From the NCBI GenBank assembly GCA_024704765.1, contig JAKMXF010000309.1, positions 62,001-126,000 on the forward strand: a stretch of DNA of 64,000 bases, in the 5' to 3' direction. The stretch comes from Oopsacas minuta. Its lineage: Eukaryota > Animalia > Porifera. The notes beneath the pieces are model-generated. The model was not told where the DNA came from. It saw only the letters and a list, made by a program, of their open reading frames with translations, and did not search any database. The position numbers were made by a program, and so were the translations under genes. Of this stretch, positions 37,937 through 50,592 are shown piece by piece (position 1 is the stretch's first letter; the number at the start of each line of letters is the position of its first letter).

Positions 37937-38760
37937 TAAGTGATGTAGTTAGCTAAATAACAAGAATAAGAATTCGCTGTGTAAAAGGGAGAATAGAAAT
38001 TGGGTTTATAGGCGCCGAAACTGAGGGGACAGGGGAGCTAGAGTTTTACATGGATTTTCAAGACGCTATTAGCTCTAATTTAAATTTTTTACAACGCGAG
38101 TGTCCGAAAGCCGCCCAGCGCAAGAAAGCAAAGCCTGTTTGAATTCAATCAACTTTATAATAATTAAGGTTTCACAATAAACTATCCATTTGATGCAGAA
38201 ATTCATCCACCATACCATTCTAATAACGTGATATCTGCTATCTAACAGTTTTCAAACGGGATTTACCAGAAACTAAGAAAAATCCACAAAGATAAACATT
38301 GAGCTCTATTTATTAGGTTAACAAAATTGATGCAATGTCTTGCAAAATTAATTAAATGTCTTACAGATTTGATGAAAAGTCTAACAATTTTGATATATTC
38401 GCTAAGTAGCACAGTAGGCAAACGCAAATTGGGGTACTCCCAAACCGGGACACACCTCTCAGATTTTGAGTTTTCTGTAACGAAATCACTATAGCGAAAT
38501 AGATGGATGGATGGATGCAACGAAGTCCGCTCGTAGCAACCCCAGTTGATGTAATTCCCCTCAAATTGATATGCCATAACATAAACTCCGTATTCAACAA
38601 AAGACTTCTGCTATTAGTGACATAATTTTACAAACAAATGTGTATTTAACATACTCCGGTTACAAGTTACAACAAACTCCGCTCTTAACGAAATGAAACC
38701 GAGGTCCCGTTTGTTATACGTATTCTATAACAATTTTGTTTGCCTAATAAATATAACCCA

Positions 38761-40029
38761 TTAACAATTAGCAAATCTTTCTCTCATAATTTCCTTAAGA
38801 ATTCTGTTGAATTTTACTTCTCCCTCTGCTATCCTCTGACAACAAACATATTTGGAAGCTTTTTCACTTAATTCTGGGAATTTAAGAAGGCAAAGTCCCC
38901 CATTTACTATTCTATATTGGTTTGGATTCAAGCAGAATTGTGAAATTCGTGAATTCAATCTTTCTATAATATCAACCTCGTGACTTAAGTCATATTTCAG
39001 ACTTGACTTGATGGATCCAAATTTATCAAGCATTCTCTGGTACAAAAGCCAATCAATATAACTCCATTCTATGATAAGATCTTGTTGTTGTTCGGTTAAT
39101 TCATCTTTGCTATTATTCTTTACTGCTGAGTTTATTTGGAAATGAGCTACGTCACTATAATCTAGTTGGAACATTTTCCTGAAAATTGCCATTGACTCAA
39201 TAAAGTGTTCAGTAATAAATACGAATTCAACTTCTCTATCTACTCTTTCTAAGAATTTATCGATTTCTTGTTGGTAAATTACATTTTCTAGAATTTGTTT
39301 ACGACCAACTCCAGCAGGTATTTTATAATCATAGAGACCGAAAACCTGAGATTGCTGATTCCAGGTAACAAATTCTCTTGGGTAATCAAATAATTTGAAA
39401 TATTTGGGGTAACCGAAATATTTTCTTGAGTACTGTAATGGGTTTTCAATAAACTTATCGAACGTTATGCCTTTCTTGTTCAGAACAGCTGCAGTATTCA
39501 TAAAATTATAATATGACATTAATTGACTGATCGGATTACGAACACTGGCAAATATCCTCGTGCCTTTTGGCATAGTTTTGACAAGTAACTCCTTCCCTTC
39601 ATATCTACTATGAATTGTACTCAGATTGTATGTTTTACCACACGAAGGTATCAATGGGTACTTCGAAACAGTGTCCAAATGTGAGTATGGAAATATTTGG
39701 TTCGTTTTTAACGAATATGGTTCTACAAAAGACAAACCATGCTTCAAACCATAACGATATAACACATTAGAGAGTGTGCTACTCGCTGCTTTGTATGATT
39801 TGATGAGATAGAAATTTTGTATATTCTCTCCAGTAGATTTCTCACATTGTAAGAAAGATTTGAATTCTGATTCTACCTCTGTTTTAGCTAAGTTTCTAGT
39901 GGTTGTGTTTCCAAACACAATTTCTGTTACATCTTCATAAGTACCAGTATTGCCTATAAATAGTACCATAGCTGTTATATATAGAATGCAAACAGAAATA
40001 TATAGGAAAAGTGAATTTTTCCTTGGCAT
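38761..40029 (-). CDS. Galactose-3-O-sulfotransferase-like type II membrane protein (422 aa, intronless)
   Basis: N-terminal TM anchor; KSYKAASSTLSNVLYRYG resembles the GAL3ST 5'-PSB (KTHKTASSTL.NIL.R.G); ASVRNP..QLMSYYNF resembles the 3'-PB; FVFITEHFIESM. Confidence 0.85.
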   Translation of the reverse strand: MPRKNSLFLYISVCILYITAMVLFIGNTGTYEDVTEIVFGNTTTRNLAKTEVESEFKSFLQCEKSTGENIQNFYLIKSYKAASSTLSNVLYRYGLKHGLSFVEPYSLKTNQIFPYSHLDTVSKYPLIPSCGKTYNLSTIHSRYEGKELLVKTMPKGTRIFASVRNPISQLMSYYNFMNTAAVLNKKGITFDKFIENPLQYSRKYFGYPKYFKLFDYPREFVTWNQQSQVFGLYDYKIPAGVGRKQILENVIYQQEIDKFLERVDREVEFVFITEHFIESMAIFRKMFQLDYSDVAHFQINSAVKNNSKDELTEQQQDLIIEWSYIDWLLYQRMLDKFGSIKSSLKYDLSHEVDIIERLNSRISQFCLNPNQYRIVNGGLCLLKFPELSEKASKYVCCQRIAEGEVKFNRILKEIMRERFANC

Positions 40030-40601
40030 TCTTCCTGGCAGATCTGCTTTTAATTCCCAGATTTATTACACAGTGAATATATGTTCAATAGAAATTATAC
40101 ATTATTGAGTGCATATTTAGTATCAAATAGCTTATATCTGCATGCTCTTAAACACATTTAGAATACTTACAAAATAAACAAGAAATATTCAAAATTTGAA
40201 TCTTGAACATTAATCAGATCTTTGAGACTACAAAAATACTAATTTTTACTTGGAAATCATAGGTGCAATCCCATTCACAAATAATTATGCATGCAGCTGA
40301 AGTACTCTAAATAAAATTAATTTTGATAGATAATCCCTTCAAACATCCTCAAACACACATTTGATATTTTCAAATGTATAATTACAATTCAACATGATCT
40401 ATCATATGATTCGCTATATTTTCACACCTTTAGAATCATTGGTTCTACGGTCAGTTAGGGTAGCCTCCGAGCTGCACTCCTAGTATGTCTACTGAACGTT
40501 TTTTAGTTAACTGAATTAACTCAGAACCTTGGGTATAAGAACACATATAGCTACTCCCAAGTGCTTCTTATAACAGGTATCCAAAGAATAATTATACTAT
40601 T

Positions 40602-42134
40602 TCAATAAGCTTTAATAACAGATATATATAGTATTATTGCAAAAACACAAGCACTTATCGCCAAAGTAACTAAATACCTACAAACTATGAAGCTTTTTGA
40701 ATTTAGGATAGAAGTTTTGAGTTTATGAAATTCTTCAGCTTGTAGGTTACTAGTTTTCTTGTTGGTATTTTGTGTGACAACATCAGTAATCTTCTCCCAG
40801 TTACTACAAGAAAGTATGAGCAAGGGAATTACTGAGCAAATTGTATTTGTAACTGCGAATTGGACATAGATACTAAGAGCCTTCCATTCAACAAAATGTA
40901 TCAACAAAACTGAAGCCACTGAGCCTAAGATTATCTGAAAAATAAATTTAACTGCTGTTTGAATTCCTTGCTTACAACACGCATTCATTACTCCTTGTAT
41001 CACAACCTTTACGTCAGAATTCATTAGGAATGAGTACATTCTGAAATTCCACGTTAACTCTTTGGCAAAATTTGCATCTGTCGTGAAGAGATGACTCAAT
41101 GGTTCACTAACTGCAAATACTATGATAGTACACATTACTATTGTAAGCTGTGCTATGATTAAGTCCAATATTGCTGCTTTTCTAGCTCGTTTGGATTGAT
41201 TTTCTCCCAACAAATGTGCTACACGAACTGTTATACCACTGCCAAACCCGACGGCACCCATGTCGATTAACCACCAAATCGAGAATGTAATTGAGTATAT
41301 TGCTAGCTGTTCCTTATTGTCTGCGACCATTCCAATACATATTACAGGTAGTATTGTCGCTGGTGCTGCCCCAATAATGGTTTGAATAATTGGAACAACG
41401 GCGTATCTTGCTGTATGATACCAGTCAGAAATCAATTCAATACTCCATTCATGTGAAATTGTCTTGTGTACATGAGAGAGTTGTATGTGTGAGAATACTA
41501 AAAGTGCAATTAAGTAATTACTTATGACGTAACCAGCTGCTACACCTTGCATGCTCGTATTGTATTGAAAGATGAGAATATATTGTATTATTCCATTCAG
41601 AGTTATTCCTATGAGAAGATACAATACAGGACCCCAAACTATGTTCAATGCCTGAAGGAAACGAATACCTATTTTGTAGTACAAATACGCAGGATAACCG
41701 AAACATAGAATATCTGTGTAGCTACCACTATACTCAGCTAACTCCCAATCTTGGAATACAAGTAGACGATAGGACGGACGCTAATTAATATTGTGAATAC
41801 AGGGAAGCAGACTAGATTTGCCATTAGTAGAGCTTTGTGGAAATAGAACCCCACTAGTTTGTTTTGCTCCACACGCCTAAGAGCATAGTATGTTTACGTA
41901 TACAACAATCCCCTCAGCTATCGGATAGTTGATGATACAAATTGCTGTTTGACCGTTACACATGGCACTTAACAATATTCCAATATTATTCCCAGAGCTT
42001 CTTCCAATGAATATATTACTTAATTTCATCTGTAATCCTTCTGTAAAGCATTCTATAGAAGTTGGGAGTGCTAAGGCGAAAAGGAATACTATCTCTTCCA
42101 AGATCCAATTAGTTTTTAGTACTTCTAGTTTCAT
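40602..42134 (-). pseudogene. MATE copy M1, disrupted (stop at 41877-41879 and indels at ~41760-41870)
   Basis: N-terminal ORF ends ILCS*; the C-terminal 360 aa is almost identical to M7, including the 3' flank. Confidence 0.85.
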
Positions 42135-43126
42135 GACTATCAACTCGATTTCTTACTTGCAAACTATAATTCCTCATACGTATATAGTATTTATACCTAA
42201 GTTGACTAATTCATGAATTATTGAATAATTCATTATTCACTAGGATAAAAATGAATAGTTCTTTTTTGAATAATTCTTTTTGAATTACTAACTTTCTGGC
42301 ACCAATTTTAATGTATAAATAGGATTTGTATTATGTCGAGTTGATAAATATGAATTCTCTATATTACGAACAGTTTCTCTAGTCCCCTAGTGGTTCAGAA
42401 TTCGCGACACTGACATATATTATTCAATATCATTATGAATTGTAATGATATTGAATAATATATGTCAATTTGATTCAAAACACCATCATTTACTGGTTTC
42501 AACATTCTCAATCCAGATTGCCATTCACTGGGCATTTTCTTGGTGAGAAAGCTTCTGATAATATGATTCGAAGACTTATAATGTAATTCATACATTAATA
42601 CCTACTAATAATTCATTCTTTTTACTGTGCCGACTAGTACGTAGTCGGTCAGTATTGAAATCACTGCCTGTTTATTTTCTCAGCGTCAACGCTACTGCCA
42701 TAACTGACTAGAATCAAGGTGTTATATGATAGTTTAAAAGTTTAAGAGATTAGTCCGGTGTGATTCTCCCCTTTGCTATCCGATTGGACAGTTTTTGACA
42801 TCAGACAAACTTTTGTCTGACCTCTAGTAATATTATGAAACGAAAGGTACCAAAAATTTAACACCTTTCCAAAGAGAAAATTCTACACCTTTATACTCTT
42901 CTTGAATTATATATTGGTTATAGTATTTTGTTAAATGTATTTTAAAAATATGAATTTTATAGCACTATGTCATAGCCGTCAATACAAATATCTACGAACA
43001 CAGGTAGAGTGAAAACCAAAGTTTAATATAGTTAGCACAATAAATATGTATCGAAGAATAACTGCGCTAGAATATCACCAATTTCCAGAACAAAGTAATA
43101 TAAAGATACTACGAATATGGAGCAGA

Positions 43127-44674
43127 CTAACACAGAAATTGCTTCAGTATTAGTATAGTAGTGAAAACTGTAATAGAAACAGCTAGACAAACTAGATACC
43201 TTGATAATATAAATGCCTTTGACCTAAGGATTAGTTTAATCAAGGTAAGATTTCGAAATATACGTTGGGGCTCTTTTTCAGTGCTAGTGTTCGTTTCTGT
43301 ATTTGTCTTGACAACCGAAGCAATCTTTCTCCAATCACTGCAAAAGAGTATGAAGAGATCGATTACCATGACAAAGGCAGTATTGATCGTAACCTGAAAG
43401 TATATACTTAGTGCTTTCCATTTAACAAAATTTACTAACAAGAATGTTGCAATTGTTCCGAGAAATATTTGAAGAATGAACTTCAATACTGTTTGTATTC
43501 TTTGTTTACAACAGGCATTCATGACGCCCTGGATAATATAGTTCGAATTACAATTGAGTAAGAATGATAACCACATGATGTTCCATGCTAATTCTTTTGC
43601 AAAGTCAGTATCTGTCGTAAAGAGATGGCTCAATGGTTCGCTTATACCTAACAGTACAAGATTAACCAAAGCCAACAGCACTGGTCCCACAACGATACCT
43701 AATACTGCGGCTTTCTTTGCTCTCTTTGGGTCATCAGCTCCTAGCAAGTTACCGACACGAACAGTTATTGCACTTGAGAATCCCATGATCCCAAGGCTGG
43801 TTACCCATCCAATCGAGTATATAATAGAGTAAATGGCTAGTTGTCTCTTATCATTTGCAAACACACCAATTGCTAATATAGGTAAAATAACTAATGGAGC
43901 AGAACTAACTAAAGTTTGAACGATGGTAGAAATTGCATATTTACTTGTATGATACCAGTCAGAAATCAATTCAATACTCCATTCATGTGAAATTGTCTTG
44001 TGTACATGAGAGAGTTGTATGTGTGAGAATACCAAAAGTGCAACTAAGTAATTACTTATGACGTAACCAGCTGCTGCACCTTGTATATTCGTATTGTATT
44101 GAAAGATGAGAATATATTGTATTATTCCATTCAGAGTTATTCCTATGAGAAGATACAATGCAGGACCCCAAACTATGTTCAATGCTTGAAGGAAACGAAT
44201 TCCTATTTTATAATACAAATATGCAGGATAACCGAAACATAGAATATCTGTGTAGCTACCACTATACTCAGCTAACTCCCAATCTTGGAATACCAAGTAG
44301 ACGATAGGACGGACGCTAATCAAGATTGTGAATACAGGGAAGCAGACTAGAGTTGCCATTAGTAGAGCTCTGTGGAAATAGAACCCCACTAGTTTGTATT
44401 GTTTTGCTCCATATGCCTGAGAGCATAGGATGTTTACATACAAAGCTATCCCTTCAGCTATTGGGTAAGATATTAGAGAAATAGCTGTTTGACCAATAAA
44501 CAGAGCGCTTAACAATATTTCAATATTATTCCCAGAGCTTCTCCCAATGAATATATTACTCAATTTCATTTGTAATCCTTCTGTCAAGCATTCTATAGAA
44601 GTTGGGAGTGCTAAGGCGAAAAGGAATGCTATCTCTTCCAAAATCCAATTAGTTTTTAGAACTTCAAATTTCAT
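43127..44674 (-). CDS. MATE/SLC47-like transporter M2 (515 aa, intronless)
   Basis: LCSQAYGAKQYK, GAAAGYVISNYL, TVRVGNLLGA and QGVMNACCKQ match MATE lobe motifs; extra C-terminal helix as in animal SLC47. Confidence 0.9.
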   Translation of the reverse strand: MKFEVLKTNWILEEIAFLFALALPTSIECLTEGLQMKLSNIFIGRSSGNNIEILLSALFIGQTAISLISYPIAEGIALYVNILCSQAYGAKQYKLVGFYFHRALLMATLVCFPVFTILISVRPIVYLVFQDWELAEYSGSYTDILCFGYPAYLYYKIGIRFLQALNIVWGPALYLLIGITLNGIIQYILIFQYNTNIQGAAAGYVISNYLVALLVFSHIQLSHVHKTISHEWSIELISDWYHTSKYAISTIVQTLVSSAPLVILPILAIGVFANDKRQLAIYSIIYSIGWVTSLGIMGFSSAITVRVGNLLGADDPKRAKKAAVLGIVVGPVLLALVNLVLLGISEPLSHLFTTDTDFAKELAWNIMWLSFLLNCNSNYIIQGVMNACCKQRIQTVLKFILQIFLGTIATFLLVNFVKWKALSIYFQVTINTAFVMVIDLFILFCSDWRKIASVVKTNTETNTSTEKEPQRIFRNLTLIKLILRSKAFILSRYLVCLAVSITVFTTILILKQFLC

Positions 44675-46421
44675 TACAATTGTCTAGATTTTCTATCTTT
44701 TAGTGAATTTTCTTTATACATATATGAACTAAAAAACATTATCAATTTGTATTTTCATCCCACTTGCATTTTTTTTTGGTGAATTGGAAAAATGTTATCA
44801 TAACCTATGCTAGGAGTTCGATATGAATATAGCCTAAACCTTTCATTCGTTTTATCTTTTTCCTTAACTGATATAAATTACTGTTTTCTGTAGTATTATA
44901 TCAGCTCCATTCATTAATTAGATGAAATCTTTATAACTTTCATGAGATTCCTATTTGGTGAAATAGTATCAGTAGATTCAATACTAATGTATTAATGCCT
45001 CTGGACACTGATCGAGTCAAAAACTAATTAATATATATAATATGGTATAGATTACACAGTAACAAATATATTCAAGAATAATGCATCTCATCAATTTACA
45101 CTTATCAACAGGAATGAATTATCCACTGAATACAGAATAGAACTGCAATAGAACAGCTGGAAAAAGTAAATACCTTGATAATATAAATAAACCTCTACAG
45201 TAGACCTGTTTCCCCAGTTGATCCGTAGCTCGATAATCCGAACCCTTGCAAATCAGAACAGGACATCAAGCTGAATGATTTTTGGAAAATGATGCCAAAT
45301 ATTTGTAAAAAGTAATTGTTAAACATTTAACTGAGAATAATAATTACACATGCCTGCAGCTGCAGCCATGCTTTCTCCTATTTCATACTAATATTATTCT
45401 ACTAATATATTGTTTTAATGAAATTCATTAATCCGGACAAATATTTTTGTCAGTGACACAGAGCTTTCGGATTAGCTAAAGCTACTAGAATAATATATAT
45501 TTAATCTAATTTGAATTTCACTAAACCAGCATCTGGGTGTACAAACTCGACACGAATTATTTAACAATCTCATAGTAATGCCACTTACAGTATTGTAGGT
45601 TTCCAATATGCATAAATGGGTCAACAATAACTTTCCTATGATTGACAGTTATACGTAAAAACTTTACTATTCAATAAATACATTTTCTTAGATGCAAATA
45701 TTTAGTTCGCATATCCTGATGCATATTTACCAACCCAAAATCAATTTACTTTCCTCTACATTGCAAAAATGTAAATAGAATGTAGGACTAAACTTGGATA
45801 AGCATATACAACACTTAAGTACAGAGACGATTTTCGTGGGGCAAAATCTGATTATATTATAGGCAGTGGTGAGCCGAGGGACCGAAGACCGGGAGGGCCA
45901 GGGAAAGATTTCAAATCTGGTTACCCCGTTTGCCCTCTCCTAGGACCGCCACATTTAAAGTGACATTTGTGTAGAGTAAAATATGAATGGCGGAAGTTTT
46001 CTTTTGAGTGGAATAGTACCTTAAAATACACTGGAACTAAACTTTTACCCACTAAACTAGGTAAATACGCTCGACAAAATATCTCCATACACAAATGAAG
46101 AGCATAAAGTTAAAATATATTAATTAAGTAGACTAGAAATCAGACTTAAGCATAGCCACTAGTTCTCATTACTGTTAATTAAAGAGTTTGGCTATACCAC
46201 TGTGAGTGTAGAGGGTAGTATATAGTTACACATGAGATAGTATCACGTGTGGAGTTTAAAATAATCATCAATCATAAGCATATATGCAATTATACATAAA
46301 TTATAGCGGTATATTCTTGGTGAGAAATTGATAGCATATTATATGCATTGATGGAAAGTATTGTATATACAAGGATGAATAAATTACAACAGAAGATATT
46401 GTAGAAAAAGAGCAGGGCAAT

Positions 46422-47963
46422 ATGAAATACCCAAAATTGAGATGGTTTGTGGAGGAAATGGGATTTCTCATTGTGTTAGCATTACCCGCATCAATAGAAT
46501 GCTTTACAGAAGGTTTACAGATGAAATTGAGTAATATTTACATCGGGAGAATTTCAAGGAACAATTTTTCTACAATGTTAAGCGCTCTGTTTATTGGTCA
46601 AACAGCTATTTCTCTAATATCCTATCCAATAGCTGAAGGGATAGCTTTGTATGTAAACATCCTATGCTCTCAGGCATATGGAGCAAAACAATACAAACTA
46701 GTGGGGTTCTATTTCCACAGAGCTCTACTAATGGCAACTCTAGTCTGCTTCCCTGTATTCACAATCTTGATTAGCGTCCGTCCTATCGTCTACTTGGTAT
46801 TCCAAGATTGGGAGTTAGCTGAGTATAGTGGTAGCTACACAGATATTCTATGTTTCGGTTATCCTGCATATTTGTATTATAAAATAGGAATTCGTTTCCT
46901 TCAAGCATTGAACATAGTTTGGGGTCCTGCATTGTATCTTCTCATAGGAATAACTCTGAATGGAATAATACAATATATTCTCATCTTTCAATACAATACG
47001 AATATACAAGGTGCAGCAGCTGGTTACGTCATAAGTAATTACTTAGTTGCACTTTTGGTATTCTCACACATACAACTCTCTCATGTACACAAGACAATTT
47101 CACATGAATGGAGTATTGAATTGATTTCTGACTGGTATCATACAAGTAAATATGCAATTTCGACCATCGTTCAAACTTTAGTTAGTTCTGCTCCATTAGT
47201 TATTTTACCTATATTAGCAATTGGTGTGTTTGCAAATGATAAGAGACAACTAGCCATTTACTCTATTATATACTCGATTGGATGGGTAACCAGCCTTGGA
47301 ACTATGGGATTCTCAAGTGCAATAACTGTTCGTGTTGGTAACTTGCTAGGAGCTGATGACCCAAAGAGAGCAAAGAAAGCCGCAATATTAGGTATCGTCG
47401 TAGGACAAGTACTATTGATTTTGGTTAATCTAGTACTGTTAGGTATAAGCGGACCATTGAGCCATCTCTTTACGACAGATACTGAATTTGCAAAGGAATT
47501 AAAATGGAATATCATTATATTTTCATTTGCACTCAACACTAACACAAACTTTATTGTGCAGGGCGTAATGAATGCTTGTTGTAAGCAAGGAATACAAACA
47601 GTTCTGAAATTCATTTTTCAAATAATATTCGCAACAATTGCCACATTCCTATTGGCGCATTTTGTTGAATGGAAAGCACTTAGCATAATTGTGCAATTCT
47701 CAGTTGGAAGTGCATTCTGCATGGTAATCGCTCTATTTATACTCTTTTGCAGTGATTGGAGAAAAATCGCACTAGTCGTCAACAGAAACACGAAAAAGAA
47801 CACTAGCACTGAAAAAGAGCTCAAAGGGTTCTTTCGGAATCCTTCTTTGTTTAAAATAATCCTTAGGTCAAAGGTAGGTATACTATCAAGGTATTTGACT
47901 TGTCTAGCTGTTTCTATTATAGTTTTCACCAGTATGTTAACACTAAAATTTACATATTTGTAA
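46422..47963 (+). CDS. MATE/SLC47-like transporter M3 (513 aa)
   Basis: Intact ORF with the same motifs; the central ~240 aa is nearly identical to M2. Confidence 0.9.
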   Translation: MKYPKLRWFVEEMGFLIVLALPASIECFTEGLQMKLSNIYIGRISRNNFSTMLSALFIGQTAISLISYPIAEGIALYVNILCSQAYGAKQYKLVGFYFHRALLMATLVCFPVFTILISVRPIVYLVFQDWELAEYSGSYTDILCFGYPAYLYYKIGIRFLQALNIVWGPALYLLIGITLNGIIQYILIFQYNTNIQGAAAGYVISNYLVALLVFSHIQLSHVHKTISHEWSIELISDWYHTSKYAISTIVQTLVSSAPLVILPILAIGVFANDKRQLAIYSIIYSIGWVTSLGTMGFSSAITVRVGNLLGADDPKRAKKAAILGIVVGQVLLILVNLVLLGISGPLSHLFTTDTEFAKELKWNIIIFSFALNTNTNFIVQGVMNACCKQGIQTVLKFIFQIIFATIATFLLAHFVEWKALSIIVQFSVGSAFCMVIALFILFCSDWRKIALVVNRNTKKNTSTEKELKGFFRNPSLFKIILRSKVGILSRYLTCLAVSIIVFTSMLTLKFTYL

Positions 47964-48919
47964 TATAGTTTGTATTTACGTGTATATATCATTTGACAAA
48001 TACCTAATTTGAAAATAATATCAAAATTTTCCATCACATACATAAGTGAGCTTATTTCAGGATTCGTATTACACGAAGCCCTCGTCGTTCGCGGTTTCGA
48101 CTATTCGTGGATGATATTTTTGGCTTGTTTTGTAGTTCTTGACTCATTCCTTCATATATTCGCGGTTATCACTACACATATCTGCGGTTTGATTGAAAAT
48201 TTCACAATTTATATAAATATTCTATATATACTCTTACTATCAAATGTACAGGTAACCTCAGAAATGCGGCACATTTGGAAGAAGTGCTTGTGCCGGATCC
48301 TCAGAGGTTGTCGTATTTCGGAGGTTGCCCCTATATAGTAACACATTATATGAAGGTCAATCAGGAAAATGGTTTTGTGTCGTATTTCAGAGGTTTACTT
48401 GTATAGATTTCGAACCTTCCATTAGCATTAGACATATCAATCACTAGCTCACAAGTGCCTAAAAGCAGTTCTTACTTCTTTACAGTCTGAGCAATAAAAT
48501 AAATAAAGAAAAAACCGGCTGTACTCTATAACTGGGTGGAACATAGGTCCCCTTTTTAGTAGAGTTGAAATAGAGTTTACTTTTTAGAACACGACCGAAT
48601 CCGAAAAACTGAACACAATTCCAATTCTAGAGTAGAGATATTTCTAGAAACTCTGTGATTGGAACAGCCCAAATTCAAACTAGAATCGGGATACAGACAC
48701 AAGAATTGAATATCAGAACAGGAGCAGTAAGAGTTACAAAGAATAATAAGTCTTTAAGTCAAAGTAATGATTCAGAAGCGTTGTAACAGTAATAAGATTA
48801 TGCAGGATAAGAATTGAAAACATGAGAGATACCATGAGGTATGAAAGGGAATTTAAATCAATAAAAGTCTATATATATAAAGAAAACTTGGTAATGATCA
48901 GAAAGGCTTGTTAATAGCC

Positions 48920-49279
48920 ATGAAATTAGAAGTACTAAAAGATAATTGAATTTTGGAAGAAATACTATACCTTTTCGCTTTAGCACTCCCCACCTATATA
49001 GAATGCTTTACAGAAGGATTACAGATGAAATTGAGTAATGTATTCATTGGAAGAACCTCTGGGAAGAATATTGAAATATTAATAAGTGCCATGTTTATTG
49101 GTCAAACAGCATTTTCTATAATTAACTATCCGATAGCTGAGGGGATTGCAGTATACGTCAACATACTATGCTCTCAGGCGTATGGAGCAAAACAATACAA
49201 ATAAGTCGGACTCTACTTCTACAGAGCCCTATTCATGTCAGCTCTCACCTGTATATGTCGCAAACTACAAATAAAATAA
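48920..49279 (+). pseudogene. MATE copy M4: N-terminus fused in frame to the last codons of an M6-type gene; two nonsense codons
   Basis: TGA at 48947 (W codon in paralogues) and TAA at 49202 (Q). After ...SALTCI the sequence jumps to CRKLQIK*, equivalent to M6 CCKLQIE*, followed by the M6 3' flank. Confidence 0.85.
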
Positions 49280-49399
49280 TTAAAACTTGCTCGAATATAT
49301 TATCTTTGCATTTTGAGTTTTGACAATATTTTCGATATGATGTTTTAAAATTTCTAAATATCACAAGATTCTAACAGAATTTTATGTAGAAATATATTG

Positions 49400-49985
49400 C
49401 AGGGTTGTCGTAGGAATGAGAATAGTTTGGCATATAGCAGTGATGTCCAAAAATAAAAGCAAGATAGTGATTAGATTTCAACATGTTGTTAGGGGTAATT
49501 GGGTACGTAAAGTACGATTTTGAGATTTTGAGAGTCTGAAAGTTACAAATTCCCAGATTCATCATATGAATAATGATATTTTCACAAATTTTTGCATTTT
49601 TGTTCAACTGCTAGTCAAGTATAATCGAGTATGCAGATACCAATATTGACATTTCCAAATCTCTGACTCAGTGATTAATCATATTTAGACACCATTTTGC
49701 ACATATTTCAAATTGATGGTAGATAAATCATTTTCAAATGTTAGACAGGGGTAATTGCAGGGTCATTATTCAGAATTTAATCCATAGGATTTCAGGATGG
49801 ACTTGAAAATTATGTAGGGGACGAATAATATTGAATATCCTGAAACATTTTCCAGATCCAGGGCCCAAAAGCAGTCAGGGTCTGGGGCATTGCGGCATCT
49901 ACATGGGGATTAAGGTGGGCATTCCCCCCATGAAAAGAACAAAACACCTTACCCTGACCTGCACTACCAGTCTGTCGGCTGGACA
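49400..49985 (-). repeat. Copy of the cagactggtagtgcag repeat family, left arm of the MATE palindrome
   Basis: Reverse complement of 55845-56420. Confidence 0.8.
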
Positions 49986-50198
49986 CTTTTTAGTATAGCG
50001 AAGAGAGAGACTCAATATTTTTTCAAAGGGAGAGCTCCAAAATTTATCTAACGCTCTTTATACTCAATACTGTAAAATTGGTTGAGCTTATCAATCTTAA
50101 CAAAAAATGGCATTCAAATCTTTGGAAAATGAATTTACCTTGCACTCAACTCGCTAGTGCCGATTTATTCCTATAGCTACACGTAATATCATAGAATA

Positions 50199-50387
50199 TA
50201 GAGTGGAGTCTCCCATAACGGACACTCCAAGAAGCGAACAATCCCTCTACAACGGACAAACCTCCTGAAACGGAATGAATTAGTAACATAAATGTATTAC
50301 TTTAGCAGTCTCCAAGAAACGGACAAGTCCCTGAGAGGGACAGGAACGATGTCTCCAACGTGTCCGTTATTCAGAGACTCTACTGTA
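50199..50387. mobile_element. Tc1/pogo-type MITE (mirror copy 55442-55630)
   Basis: Termini agagtggagtctcccataacggacac ... gtgtccgttattcagagactctactgta. Confidence 0.7.
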
Positions 50388-50592
50388 GGTGAAAATATGG
50401 GAGTGGTGAGATTATTGGAAAGTAAGTGAGCGAGAGTGCTAGAATTATCGGAAACAGAACGCAAGCGCAAACATGGCGCTCTTCTGTCAACACAGGTACC
50501 ATGGGGGACGAGTTACCATTTATGTATTTAATCCTCATCAATTTACAAATCAGAGTACTATTAGATAATACATAGAGCAGAGTACCATAGAA

